A stretch of DNA of 64,000 bases from Paraspadella gotoi (lineage: Eukaryota > Animalia > Chaetognatha). Below, in pieces: positions 25,701 through 39,714 of this stretch. A model generated the notes under the pieces. It made no database searches. It was not told where the DNA came from and worked only from the letters and a program-made list of their open reading frames with translations. Numbering within the stretch: position 1 is the first letter of the stretch; every line of letters begins with the position of its first letter. The DNA is taken from NCBI GenBank assembly GCA_051294375.1, contig CM119269.1:21375665-21439664 (forward strand), written 5' to 3'. The position numbers and the translations under genes are program-made.

Positions 25701-26706
25701 CCTTTAAGAGGAATCGTGGTAAGTGGGGAACTTTAAAATGAATTGTGGTAAGTGGGGACCTTTAAGAGGAATCGTGGTAAGTGGCGGAACTTCAAGAGGA
25801 AACTCGTGGTAGGTGGGAACCTTTAAGAGAAATCTGTGGTAAGTCGGGACCTTTAAGAGGAATTGTGGTAAGTTGGGGACCTTTAAGAGGAATCGTGGAT
25901 AGGTGGGAACCTTTAGAAGGGAATCGTGGTAAGTGGGGAACTTTAAAAATGAATTCTGTCGGTTAAGTGGGGACCTTTAAGAGGAATCGTGGTAAGTGGG
26001 GAACTTTAAAAGGAATTGTGGTAAGTGGGGACCTTTAAGAGAAATTGGTGGTAGGTGGGGACCTTTAAGGAGGAATCGTGTTAGTGGGGACCTTTAAGAG
26101 GAATCGTGGTAAGTGGGGAACTTTAAAAGGAATTGGTGGTAAGTGGGGACCTTTTAAGAGGAATCGTTGTTAGTGGGGAACTTTAAAATGAATTGTGGTA
26201 AGTGGGGACCTTTAAGAGGAATCGTGGTAGGTGGGAACCTTTAAGAGGAATCGTGGTAAGTGGGGAACTTTAAAAAATGTGGGTAAGTGGGGACTTTAAG
26301 AGGAATCGTGGTTAAGTGGGGAACTTTAAAAGGAATTGTGGTAAGTGGGGACCTTTAAGAGAAATTGTGGTAGGTGGGGACCTTTAAGAGGAATCATGGT
26401 TAGTGGGGACCTTTAAGAGGAATCGTGGTAAGTGGGGAACTTTAAAAGGAATTGTGGTAAGTGGGGACGCTTTAAGAGGAATCGTTGTTAGTGGGGACCT
26501 TTAAGAGGGAATCGTGGTAAGTGGGGAACTTTAAAAGGAATTGTGGTAAGTGGGGACCTTTAAGAGGGAATCGTGGTTAGCGGGAACCTTTACGAGGAAT
26601 TGGGTTAGTGGGGACCTTTAAGAGGAATCGTGGTAAATCGGGACCTTTAAGAGGAATTGTGGTAGGTGGGAACCTTTAAGAGGAATCGTGGGTAAGTGGT
26701 AAGTGG
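25701..26706. repeat. Second copy of the 29-bp minisatellite array (about 35 units)
   Basis: Same unit and same terminal junction (gggtaagtggtaagtggtaaccgtctct) as the end of the first array. Confidence 0.95.
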
Positions 26707-26711
26707 TAACC

Positions 26712-26779
<68 letters not shown>

Positions 26780-26979
26780 CCTCATGCTGATCTCTTTCTG
26801 TCTGCTGTATGTTTCTGTCTATCTGTCTTTCTGCTTGTTTATCTTTCTCTTTTTTTCTTTCTTTCTTTTTCTCTCTCTCTTTCCATCTTTCTCTCACTAT
26901 CTTTCTTTGTGTCTGTCGGATTGTCTTTCTATCTCTCTTTCATCACGACAACAACTACAACAACTCCAACAACGACGAC

Positions 26980-27225
26980 CTCTTCCACGACGAAATCGGC
27001 GTCGTCGCTCGGCGGCGCCATCTGTCCAACTCGGCGCCGGTAGAAGACTTTCCAACGCCGCTCGTGGAGGACGTTGAGGTCCGACGGAAGGAGCGTCTCG
27101 TTGACGCGGACTGGCGCCGGTGGGCGTGGCTGAAGTTGGCGAGCCGGAAGTGAGCGTGGCGGCGTCAGTGGGGCAGTCGAAGCGGCGATCGAGACGACGA
27201 CGACGAAACCGAAAAATCGAAGCAT
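26980..27225 (-). CDS. Second, frame-intact copy of exon 1 of the cysteine-string membrane protein (probably an assembly duplicate)
   Basis: 82 open codons starting with signal-peptide-like MLRFFGFVVVVSIAASTA; N-glycosylation sequon NET; near-identical to 23436-23681. Confidence 0.5.
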
Positions 27226-28645
27226 CGATCGTCGTTGTTGTTGTCGAAGTTGTTGTTGTTGTTGTTGTTGCAGTCACCGCAGAAAACTATTTTATAGCCT
27301 AATAGAATATAGTCAAAAACTAGGAGACTACACGGTGAACTAACTCAGTTGATACATCGCGAATCGCTCTGAGATTTCTTCTTTAACTTTAAAGGGAATT
27401 TCAATGGAGGAAAACAAAGAGAAAGTATAAGCGGAACTCATGATAACTAGGAAATGATTTCTTGTAAATAATTTTAATGAAATTGTTACAACCAATATAA
27501 AAATTATCCATTCATTTAATAAATAAGCTATCTTGCTACTGACTTTGGACAAGCTTTGGTGGTTTAAGGCCTCCATCACTCTTACAAGATAATGACATAG
27601 CAGTTCACTGCAAGATTTCAATCAAGACTCTCTCACAGTCTCGTTTATTCACTCCCAGAGTACCTGGCTTCCCTATCAATGAAGTGGTATAATATTTCAA
27701 AGAATGTTTCAATTGTATGAAAAGACCACTCCCTTAAGTATTAGATCGGGGAATATTATATTGTACTCCGCCCAGCATCAAAATACAAGGAGCTGAATTT
27801 TGTGAAATTTTGTACAACTTTCGCGTTGGCACAATTGAATCTGACTGAAGGCATGTAGCGGGCATATTGCTCCGGTTAAAAAAAACCTTTCGAAATGCGA
27901 CGACCCGGTGTCTAATTAATTAATTTCTTTAGCTCGTGACCAGAAGTTAGCATACCAGAAGTTAGCATACCTCAAAGAGCTGTCCTACTTTTAGCTATGG
28001 TTATAAACCCAGGACCCGTTTCACCGTAGAGAGGATACGGATAGTCTTATTTACATAAATTATCATACTTAAATAAAATAAACAATAACCATCGTATAAA
28101 TAAACGTATAACTATAAGAATATGTAAATGAAATTACTAGTTAATGAATTCTCTAATGGATGTCGGATGGCCGATGGTCGAAGAATCGTTTAATACCCGC
28201 ATCTTTTTTTTCCTTTTTTGTTTCGATAAAAAAAAAAGAAAAAAGGTTTTCGACCCAAAAGAACATTTTCTCAAAATTAACCCACTTCTTTTCTCTCTCT
28301 CTTTTTGACTGGATTTTTCCTTTGGAGTTTGTCTTTGTTATCGTCGTCGTCGTCTTCGTCGTCTTCTTATTTCCACTGTCGTCGTCGTCGTCGTCGTCGT
28401 CGTCGTCTTCTTACGTACCTTTGTTGTCGTCGTCGTCGTCTTCTTTTTCGTTGCTTTCGTAATCGTCGTCTTCGTCGCTGTCATCTTTGTTATTGTCATC
28501 ATCGTCTTGTCTTCGTTGTCAGTGGTCATTCTCTTGTCATCACAGTTATTCTAAATTCCTTTGTTTTGTGTCATTATCTTCGTGGATGCTGTGATTAGCG
28601 ATTGTTGCGCACCTCATTTCTATTTTTAGTTTGGAATTTTCTTTT

Positions 28646-28679
<34 letters not shown>

Positions 28680-28687
28680 TCTCTCTC

Positions 28688-28732
<45 letters not shown>

Positions 28733-29026
28733 TGTACAAAGAAGGAAAATCCAAACCTGACAGATTTTTAAATTCATTTCCCAAATTTTAAAAGCAAGAG
28801 TTAGAGAGATAAAATGGAGATTCCAACGGGTCTTTAAAAGTAGGATACATGATTGATTTTATCTTGATCATCTTTTCCAAACAGACGAAGCGAACCAAGG
28901 AAGAATTAAGTCTCGCATTTGCCTCTACCCCTCACCGTCTGCCCGAAAGCAGCTGGACGAGAGAGAGAGTAGAGAGAGGAGAGAGAGAAGAAGAGAGAGA
29001 TGAGAGAGAGAGAGGAAGAGAGAGAG

Positions 29027-29065
<39 letters not shown>

Positions 29066-29493
29066 ATTTTCTCTATTTTTTGTCTATTTTAGTTTTAAAC
29101 AAAAATTATTTTAATTGTTCAATGTTAGTTGTTTCTTTACTCTCTCTCTCTCATCTCTCTCTNNNNNNNNNNNNNNNNNNNNNNNNNTCCTTTGTTATCG
29201 TCGTCGTCGTCTTCTCGTCTTCTTATTTCCACGTCGTCGTCGTCGTCGTCGTCGTCGCTCTTACGTACCTTTGTTGTCGTCGTTCGTCGTCTTCTTTTTC
29301 GTTGCTTTCGTAATCGTCGTCTTCGTCGCTGTCATCTTTGTTATTGTCATCATCGTCTTGTCTTCGTTGTCAGTGGTCATCTCTTGTCATCACAGTTATT
29401 CTAAATTCCTTTGTTTGTGTCAATATCTTCGTGGATGCATGTGATTAGCGATTTGCGCACCTCATTTCTATTTTTAGGTTGGAATTTTCTTTT

Positions 29494-29581
<88 letters not shown>

Positions 29582-29845
29582 TTGTACAAAGAAGGAAATC
29601 CAAACCTGACAGATTTTTAAAATTCATTTCCCAAATTTTAAAAGCAAGAGTAGAGAAGATAAAATGAAGATTACCCAACGGTCTTTAAAAGTAGGATACA
29701 TGATTGATTTTATCTTGATCATCTTTTCCAAACAGACGAAGCGAACCAAGGAAGAATTAAGTCTCGCATTTGCTCTCTACCCCTACCGTCTGCCCGAAAG
29801 CAGCTGGACGAGAGAGAGGTAGAGAGAGAGAGAGAGAGAGAGAAA

Positions 29846-29911
<66 letters not shown>

Positions 29912-29986
29912 AATTTTCTCTATTTTTTGTCTATTTTAGTTTTAAAACAAAATTATTTTAATTTGTTCAATTGTTAGTTGTTTCTT

Positions 29987-30024
<38 letters not shown>

Positions 30025-30348
30025 CTCTCTCTTCTCTTCCTCTCTCTCTCTCTCTCTCTCTCTCCCCTCCTCTTCCTCCATTCAAGCAAAGCCCTTGAAA
30101 AGAAAACACGAGAGCGACATTAAGAAATCGATATTTTTCTCTTTTTCTTTTTTTAAATCGAATTTTGTCAAAAGGTTGCGCACTTGTCACGTGACATCAA
30201 CCCTGATCTAGTATATTATTGTTAAGGTTTTCTAATTCAACATAGTTTACTAAAAATAATTTAATCCACCTACATTTTTCTGGATTTTTAATATTACAAC
30301 TTTTTGTTGCCTAGCTAGTTAACTTATTTTCATCAGACACTTTTCCCC

Positions 30349-30392
<44 letters not shown>

Positions 30393-30423
30393 TTTCTTTC
30401 TTTCTTTTCTTTCTTTCTTTTTT

Positions 30424-30456
<33 letters not shown>

Positions 30457-31256
30457 TTTCTTTCTTTCTTTTTCTTCTTATTTGCATGTGGAATAAAATC
30501 ACGATCCTCTGAGATTGGCGTTCTGCCCAGTGGCCCCCGGCTCCGCTCTTGTGAATCACCTTTAAATAACAAGTGTAGAAGACCAAAATAATAATAATAA
30601 AAGTGAGGAGAAGGTGAAGAATTGTGACGATATAAGAGAAGTAGAAAAGAAGTGAGATGAGCTCTCTCCTGATCCACTTTTATCGTCGAGGATTACATTT
30701 ATATTATCAAAACGTATTTTCGTGTAAGTTTTGTTTTAAAATCATATCTTAAAAAGATTTGCGTCTAGACTAGATAATGTTAATAATAATAATAATAATC
30801 GAAATAATATTACTTATTACTAAAAATGGAAATACAATTCACCTTTGGATATTTTTTTAATTGTATTCAAGGAATTCTCCCTGGGGTTTCAGAATTGGAG
30901 AAAAAAATCCATTTCGAAATAAATTTTGGGGGAATTTAATGGTATTCCTAATCCAGAGGCGGTCGATTGTAAAACTCATTTGCATACAAGAGTTTTATAG
31001 ATTCTTTCTTTATTTTTATTTTATTTTTTTATTTTTTTGGATGTGATGATGTTGGAGTTATTTTGGATGAAAGTCCGTGCCGAGCTGATTGTTGATTATT
31101 TGTAGTTATTCAGTAATAGGACTATCTCTCTCTCTCTTCCTCTCTCTTTTTCTCTCTCTCTCTTTATCTCTCTCTTTCTCTCTCTTTATCTCTCTCTCTT
31201 TCTCTCTCTTTTCTCTCTCTTTCTCTCTCTCTCTCTTCCTCTCTCCTCTCTCTTCT

Positions 31257-31294
<38 letters not shown>

Positions 31295-31987
31295 TCTCTC
31301 CTCACACACTTCAACGTTGTGACTTTTTACAATTGCTCACCGCATATTCAGCGAAATCACGACATACTTTTTTCACCACATCTTTTTTTTTCAATCAGCT
31401 GATTTCAAAAACCGAATATCGTAAAAACAGTAAAATACCAACATTCATCGTTACATTTTTTCAGTTCGTCACACGAATAAGCTAAAAAGGTTTTTTTGAA
31501 ATCAATAATTTTTGTTTTATCGACACGGAAAGCTTAAATTAAACTAGATAGTGAGTCTTTAATGAAAGCATGTAGGGTCATGTTATGAAATTGGTACATG
31601 TTATATGTTATTATCTTGCAAAAAAAAAAAAAAAACATAAGTCGGGAAAAGTAGCTTATTTATTCCTTTAGGAATGGATAATATTTACATTCGTTGTACA
31701 AATTTTATTAAAAAAGAATACATTTTTCTGGTAATTAATTTAAAATTGAGTTTACTAGTTTCCTCACAACCACTGGCGCCATAGCGATCTTCAGTCCACC
31801 CACCAAATGGCGAAGAACAAAGAGACAAAGAGGCATTTTCAAAATTCAAATCCCCCTCATAGTCCATTTAATTAAAATGACGATAATATAAAACCTCAGT
31901 TTATTTATATAACCTTTAAAGTTTAAATATTACATGATGAATGTTTATAAACTCTTTCCCTAAATGACGTCACCTTATTCTTAAACT

Positions 31988-32037
<50 letters not shown>

Positions 32038-32102
32038 TTTTCTTTTCTTCCCCGCTGAGTTTTCTTTCTCTCGTTGAGTTGACAAACTTCTTATTCGTCC
32101 TA

Positions 32103-32144
<42 letters not shown>

Positions 32145-32204
32145 CGACAAACAGCGCGAAGACTTACCCGCATCAGCGGCAGAACCTGACCCAGCCGCAG
32201 CGGG

Positions 32205-32294
<90 letters not shown>

Positions 32295-32416
32295 CAGCAT
32301 GTGAGACATTCTTCGTCTCGTTGTCTCGCTCTCCTGCTCTCTCTGTCTCTGTCTCACTCCGCAGTCTCGCAAACAGGAGGCGAACATTTTGTCGTCGTCG
32401 TCGTCGTCGTCGTCGT

Positions 32417-32462
<46 letters not shown>

Positions 32463-33297
32463 CGCGCTAAAATGCTCGCTCGAGCTGCGACTTTGAATTG
32501 TTTGCTCATTTTTGCATCGCGAGTCGCGAAAGATTAAGAAATAAAAAACAAGTTCCACGCGTTTAAATGTTTTTTTGTTTATTTTTCAAGTAGTAAACGA
32601 GTTAACGACGATTTTCATTGTTTTTTTTAACACTACGTTAACTGTTTTATGAAACAAAAAAAATATCGTCCGAAATATTTTTAAAAAAAATAATTTTAAG
32701 ATAATTTTAAATTTCGCGTCCTACAAGTTTTTCACTACTTCGTTTTAAAAAAAATTACAAACCCTAAATGTAACAAATGAAATTTGTAAATGTAAAAATT
32801 ATCATCGAAGCGCTCAAGTCTCAATCCTATCCAGATATACAAAGTGGGGTGCAATCACGTAACCAATACAGTCTTTCATCCTCAGTTACGATCATCCCTA
32901 ATCTCCGTTACGGAACAGAACCGAGCGATAAAAAATCTGGAGTGACGTAAAAAAAATCCAAATAAACGAAAAAAAGAGAAAAAAAAAGAAAAAAGGAAAA
33001 AAAAAGAAAAAAAGGAAAAAAAAAGAAAAAAAGGAAAAAAAAAGTAAAAAAAAGGAGAGTCATTTCGACAGATTTGAATCGTGATAAGAAAAAGGCAGCT
33101 GCATCGACTCACATCCATTCACGTGATTCTTCCGTTATTTTCTTTTTCTCAGACTCTTGATTTCTTTTGGTAAATAATAACAAATTAAGATGAAACCCTT
33201 CGACCATTTTTTTCGTTCTTTAAAATTACTCTAACTTTTACTTTTTCATTAATTTTTCACTAAAAATATATTAATCTTGGATTAGTAAGATGTTATC

Positions 33298-33358
<61 letters not shown>

Positions 33359-34528
33359 AGCGCTAATTATACATTTGTTTAATCAAAATCTTAATGCAAA
33401 TAAATTCTCTGCTACTTTGTAACCAAATTTCCCATAACAACGAAAAGAAAAGAAAAGATACAATCCAATTCTCTAATTTTATTACAGCAAATCCCCATCC
33501 TTCAAAGAACAATGTGAAACTTCTCGCCAGAACTTTGAAGCGATCCCTCCAACAAATGCTTCAAGTCTCTTTAAAAATCAGTCGCTTGCTGAATCTGCAG
33601 CAACTTCGTCTTAAAAGGTCTTCAGCTGCAGCAATTTCGTCTTAAAAGGACTTCAGCTGCAGCAACTTCGTCTTAAAAGGACTTCAGCTGCAGCAAGTTC
33701 CACAATCACAACTTGAAATCCAAAAACTCAACGCGGATTCATTATCATTGACTTCAGCCGCTGGCAAATTAGTCAACCACGGAGTTTGCGCCGTCGGCAA
33801 CAACGACGACAAAGACTGAGACAACAACGACAACGAGACACCGCGAAGAGGACGCTGCCGCCGCCAGCGATTTTTCTACGGATCGAAACGATCAAACGAA
33901 GAAGTCGATCTCTCTCTCTCTCTCTCTCTCTCNNNNNNNNNNNNNNNNNNNNNNNNNNNNNNNNNNNNNNNNNNNNNNNNNNNNNNNNNNNNNNNNNNNN
34001 NNNNNNNNNNNNNNNNNNNNNNNNNNNNNNNNNNNNNNNNNNNNNNNNNNNNNNNNNNNNNNNNNNNNNNNNNNNNNNNNNNNNNNNNNNNNNNAATTTT
34101 TTAAGAAGAAGAAGAAGAAGCGGAAAGGAAGAAGAGAAAATCAGGAGAGCAAGAAATTTAAAAAGAAGGAGAGAAGAGAAATAAAAAAACGAAAGGAGAG
34201 NNNNNNNNNNNNNNNNNNNNNNNNNTCCTTTGTTATCGTCGTCGTCGTCTTCTGTCTTCTTATTTCCACGTCGTCGTCGTCGTCGTCAGTCGTCGCTCTT
34301 ACGTACCTTTGTTGTCGTCGTTCTCCGCTTCTTTTTCGTTGCTTTCGTAATCGTCGTCTCGTCGCGTCATCTTGTTATTGTCATCAATCGTCTTGTCTTC
34401 GTTGTCAGTGGTCATTCTCTTGTCATCAACAGTTATTCTAAATTCCTTTGTTATGTGTCAATATCTTCGTGATCTGTGATTAGCGATTTGCGCACCTCAT
34501 TTCTATTTTTAGTTGGAATTTTCTTTTG

Positions 34529-34561
<33 letters not shown>

Positions 34562-34574
34562 TCTCTCTCTCTTC

Positions 34575-34609
<35 letters not shown>

Positions 34610-34894
34610 CTTCTCTCTCGTCTTTGTACAAAGAAGGAAATCCAAACCTGACAGATTTTTAAAATTCATTTTCCCAAATTTTAAAAGCAAGAGTAGAGAA
34701 GATAAAATGAAGATTACCCAACGGTCTTTAAAAGTAGGATACATGATTGATTTTATCTTGATCATCTTTTCCAAACAGACGAGCGAACCAAGGAAGAATT
34801 AAGCCTCGCATTTGCTCTCTACCCCTACCGTCTGCCCCGAAGCAGCTGGACGAAGAGAGGATAGGAGAGAGAGAGAGAGAGAGAGAAAAGAGAG

Positions 34895-34954
<60 letters not shown>

Positions 34955-35092
34955 AATTTCCTCTATTTTTTTTTTTGGTCAATAATTTTAGTTTATTTAA
35001 ACAAAATATTTTAATTTGTTTTGTCATTGTTAGTTGTTTCTTTACCTCTCTCTTCTTCTTCTCTCTCCTCTCTCCTTCTCTCCATCACTCCT

Positions 35093-35127
<35 letters not shown>

Positions 35128-35553
35128 TCTTCTCCCTTTTCCCCCATTCAAGTCAAAAATAAAAGCCCTTAAAGAACAGAGTCAAGCTTACCGACCAGCA
35201 AAAGTCCGACCACACTCGTAAACGACAAACTCGATATTTCTCTTTTTCTTTTTTTAAATGTCGAAATTTTGTCAAATAGGTTGCGCACTTGTCACGTGAT
35301 CAACCCCTGATTTACTAGTTTGATTTATTGTTAAGGTTTTCTAATTCAACATAGGTTTACTAAAATAATTTAATTCCACCTACATTTTTTCTGAGATTTT
35401 TAATATTTACAACTTTGTTGCCTAGCAGTTAACTTATTTTTCCATCAGATTCCCTTTTCTTTTCTCTGTCTTACTCTTTCTTTCTCTTTTTTCTCTCTCT
35501 TTCTTTCTTTCTTGTCTTTCTTTTCTTCTTCTTTCTTTCTTTCTTCTTTCTCT

Positions 35554-35598
<45 letters not shown>

Positions 35599-36362
35599 TT
35601 CTTTCTTTCTTCTTTTTTCTTTCTTTCTTTCTTGTATTTGCATAGGAATAAAATCACGATCTCTGAGAATTGCCGTTCTGCCATTGCCCCCGGCTCCGCT
35701 CTTGCTTTGAATCACCTTTAAATAACAGTGTAGAAGACCCAAAATAATAATAATAAAAGTGAGGAGAAGGTGAGAATTGTGACGATATAAGAGAAGTTAG
35801 AAAAGAAGTGAGATGAGCTCTCTCCCTGATCCACTTTTATCGTCGAGGATTACTTTAATTATCAAAACGTATTTCGTGTAAGTTTTGTTTTAAATTCATA
35901 TCTTAAAAAGATGTTGCGTCTAGCTAGATAATGTTAATAATAATAATAATAATCGAAATAATTTACTATTACTAAAATGGAATACAATTCACCTTTTGGA
36001 TATTTTTTAATTGTTATTCAAGGAAGTTCTCCCTTGGGGTTTCAGAAATTGGAGAAAAAAATCCATTCGAAATAAATTTGGGGAATTTAATGTATTCCTA
36101 ATCCCAGAGGCGCGTCGATTTGTAAAACCATTGCATACAAGAGTTTATAGATTCTTTCTTTATTTTTATGTTTTTTTATTTATTTTTGGATGTGCATGAT
36201 GTTGCGAGTTATTTTGGATGAAAGTCCGTGCCGAGCGATTGTTGATTTTGTATTATTCGTAATAGGACTATCTCTCTCTTCTTCTCCTCTCTGTTTTCTC
36301 TCTCTTCTTTATCTCTCTCTTCTCTCTCTTTATCTCTCTCTCTTTCTCTCTCTTCTTCTCTT

Positions 36363-36433
<71 letters not shown>

Positions 36434-38484
36434 CACATCAACGTTGTGACTTTTTTACAATTGCTCACCGCCATCATTCAGCGAATCACGACATACTTTT
36501 TTCACCACATCTTTTTTTTTCAATCAGCTGTTATTTTCAAAACACCGATATTCGTAAAAAAAGTAAAATACAACATTCATCGTTACATTTTTTCAGTTCG
36601 TCACACGAATAAGCTAAAAAGGTTTTTTTTGAAATCAATAATTTTGTTTTATCGACACGGAAAGCTAAATTAAATCTAGATAGTGAGTTTCTATAATGAA
36701 AGCATGTAGGGTCATGTTATGAATTGGTACATGGTCTTATATGTCATTATCTTGCAACAAAAAAAAACAAAACATAAGTCGGGAAAAGTAGCTTATTTAT
36801 TCCTTTAGGAATGGATAATATTTACATTCGTTGTACAAATTTTATTAAAATAATACATTTTTCTGGTAATTAATTTAAAATTGAGTTTACTGTTTCCTCC
36901 AACCACTGGCGCCATAGCGATCTTCAGTCCACCCACCAAATGGCGAAGAACAAAGAGACAAGAGGGCATCTTCAAAATTCAAAGTCCCCTCATAGTCATT
37001 ATATAAAATGACCGATAATATAAAACCTCAGTTTATTTATATAACCTTTAAAGTTTTAACTTTACATGATGAATGTTTATAAATCTTTCCCTAAATGACG
37101 TCACCTTATTCTTAAATTTCGTGTCGTTCGTTCGTCGTCGTCGTCGTCGTCGTCGGCTCGTCTTTTCTTTTCTTCGCCCGCTGAGTTTTCTTTCTCTCGT
37201 TGAGTTGACAAACTTCTTATTGTCCTCGAGTCGTCGTCGTCGTGTCGTCGTCGTCGACAAACAGGCGCGAAGATCTTACCCGCATCAGCGGCAGAACCTG
37301 ACCCAGCCGCAGCGGGGAGGAGAGAGAGAGGAGGAGAGGAGGAGAGAGAGACCCGAGAGAGAGAGAGATGAGAGAGAGCAGAGAGAGAGAGAGAGGAGAG
37401 AGAGAGAGGAACGCAGATGTGAGCATTCTTCGTCTCGTTTGTCTCGCTCTCCTGCTCTCTCTGGTCTCTGTCTCACTCCGCAGTCTCGCAACAGGAGGCG
37501 AACATTTTGTCGTCGTCGTCGTCGTCGTCCGTCGTCGTCGTCGTCGTCGTCGTCTCGTCGTCGTCCGTCGTCGTCGTCCGCTCACCCGCCACGGGCCTAA
37601 AATGTGCCTCACGCTCGAAGCGGAGCTGGCGACTGGTGTGACTTGTCTCGGTGCTGTCATTTTTGATCGCCCGAGTTCCGATCCCGAAAGAGATTCAAAG
37701 AAATAAAAACGCTTCCACGCTTTAAATCGTTTTTTTGTTTCATTCTTTCCAAAGTAACAGCCCTAAAACGAGAGGGCCTGTCATACCACGGACCCTTCTC
37801 ATAACCATCGTGTTTTTTTAACACTACGTTAACTGTTTATGAAAACAAAAAATATCGTCCGAAATATTTTTAAAAAAATAATTTTTAAGGATAATTTTAA
37901 ATTTCGCGTCCTACAAGTTTTTCACTACTTCTTTTTAAAAATAAATTACAACCCTAAATGTAACAAATGAAATTTGTAAATGTAAAATTATCATCGAAGC
38001 GCTCAAGTCTCAATCATAATCCAGATAACAAAGTGGGGTGCAATCACGTAACCAATACAGTCTTTCATCCTCAGTTACGATCATCCTAATCTCCGTTACG
38101 GAACAGAACGAGCGATAAAAATCTGGAGTGACGTAAAAAAATCCAAATAAACGAAAAAAGAGAAAAAAAAAGAAAAAAGGAAAAAAAGAAAAAAAAAAGA
38201 AAAAAAAAAAAAAGAAAAAAAGAAAAAAAAAAGAAAAAAGGAAAGAGTCATTTCGACAGATTTGAAATCGTGATAAGAAAAGGCAGCGCATCGACTCACA
38301 TCCCATTCACGTGATTCTCCGTTATTTTCTTTTTTCAGACTCTTGATTTCTTTTCGTAAATAATAACAAATTAAGATGAACCCTTTCGACCATTTTTTCT
38401 CGTTCTTATAAATTACTCTAACTTTTACTTTTTCATTAATTTTTCACTAAAAATATATTAATCTTGGATTAGTAAGATGTTATC

Positions 38485-38530
<46 letters not shown>

Positions 38531-39123
38531 AGAGAGAAGAGAGAGAGAGGAGAGAGAGAGAGAGCGCGAGCGCTAAATTATACATTTGATTTAATCAAAA
38601 ATCTTAATGCAAATAAATTCTCTGCTATTTGTAACCAAATTTCCCATAACAACGAAAAGAAAAGATGAAAGAAGATACAATCCAATTCTCTAATTTTATT
38701 ACAGCAAATCCCCATCCTTCAAAGAACAATGTGAAACTTCTCGCCAGAACTTTGAAGCGATCCCTCCAACAAATGCTTCAAGTCTCTTTAAAAATCAGTC
38801 GCTTGCTGTATCTGCAGGCAACTTCGTCTTAAAAGGTCTTCAGCTGCAGCATTTCGTCTTAAAGACTTCAGCTGCAGCAAACTTCGTCTTAAAAGGACTC
38901 AAGCTGCAGCAAGTTCACAATCACAACTTGAAATCCAAAAACTCACGCGGATTCATTATCATTGATTCAGCCGCTGGCAAATTAGTCAAACCACGGAGGT
39001 TTGCGCGTCGCAACAACGACGACGAAAGGACTGAGACAACAACGACAACGAGCACACCGACGAAGAGGACGCTGCCTGCCGCCAGCGATTTTCTACGATC
39101 GAAACGATCCAAACGAAGAAGTC

Positions 39124-39187
<64 letters not shown>

Positions 39188-39714
39188 CTCTTCTCTCTTT
39201 GAACAATTAAAATAAAAAATGGAAAAGGGATGAGAGAGCGAAGACGATATTAGAAGCAAGAAAAAAATAATTTGACTCGAAAGAAATTTGGGTAAAAGAA
39301 GAAGAAGAAGCGGAAAGGAAGAAGAGAAAAACGAGGAGAGCCAGAAAGTTTAAAAAAAGGAGAGATAGAGAAATAAAAAAACGAAAGGAGAGAGGAGAAA
39401 TAGAAAGCGAAAGAAGGTAGAGAGGAGAAATAGACGAAAGACGAAAGAAGGAGAGAGGAGAAATAGAAAGCGAAAGAAAGAGAGAGGAGAAATAGAAAAG
39501 CGAAAAAAGGAGAGAGAGAGAAAAAAAAAAAAAAACCAAAACAAAACCGGATCGACTGATCTCCTTTTTCTCACTCAACTTTCCCACGTCTTTCGAGCTT
39601 AAAACTCAAAAACGAAAAAAAAAGAAGCAAAAAAGAAGTTTGTTTTCTCGTTCGCCAGTTTTTCTCTTCTTTTTTTGTCCCAAAATAAAAACGTAAATAA
39701 AAGAAAGAAAGAAA

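Larger units (their letters stand above)
22059..39360. other. Tandem near-identical duplicates, probably a gap-filling artefact: 22059-25700 ~ 25701-29162 and 29188-34200 ~ 34226-39360
   Basis: Copies differ mainly by scattered 1-nt indels and abut 25-N gaps (22034-22058, 29163-29187, 34201-34225); an ~860-bp block occurs four times. Confidence 0.8.

Noticed and set aside
21851-26706. 29-bp array as a CRISPR array or coding repeat
   Set aside because: No unique spacers, eukaryotic context, period not divisible by 3, stops in the units.
28410-28620. Acidic minus-strand exon (DDDDNNKDDSDEDDDYES...|gtacgt)
   Set aside because: An in-frame stop lies just upstream, copies disagree in frame, and the composition is GAC-repeat drift.
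23147-39587. Many ORF-track entries rich in SLSL, ERER, poly-R/T/V/D/S
   Set aside because: Translations of GA, GAC and TTTC microsatellites without coherent splice structure.
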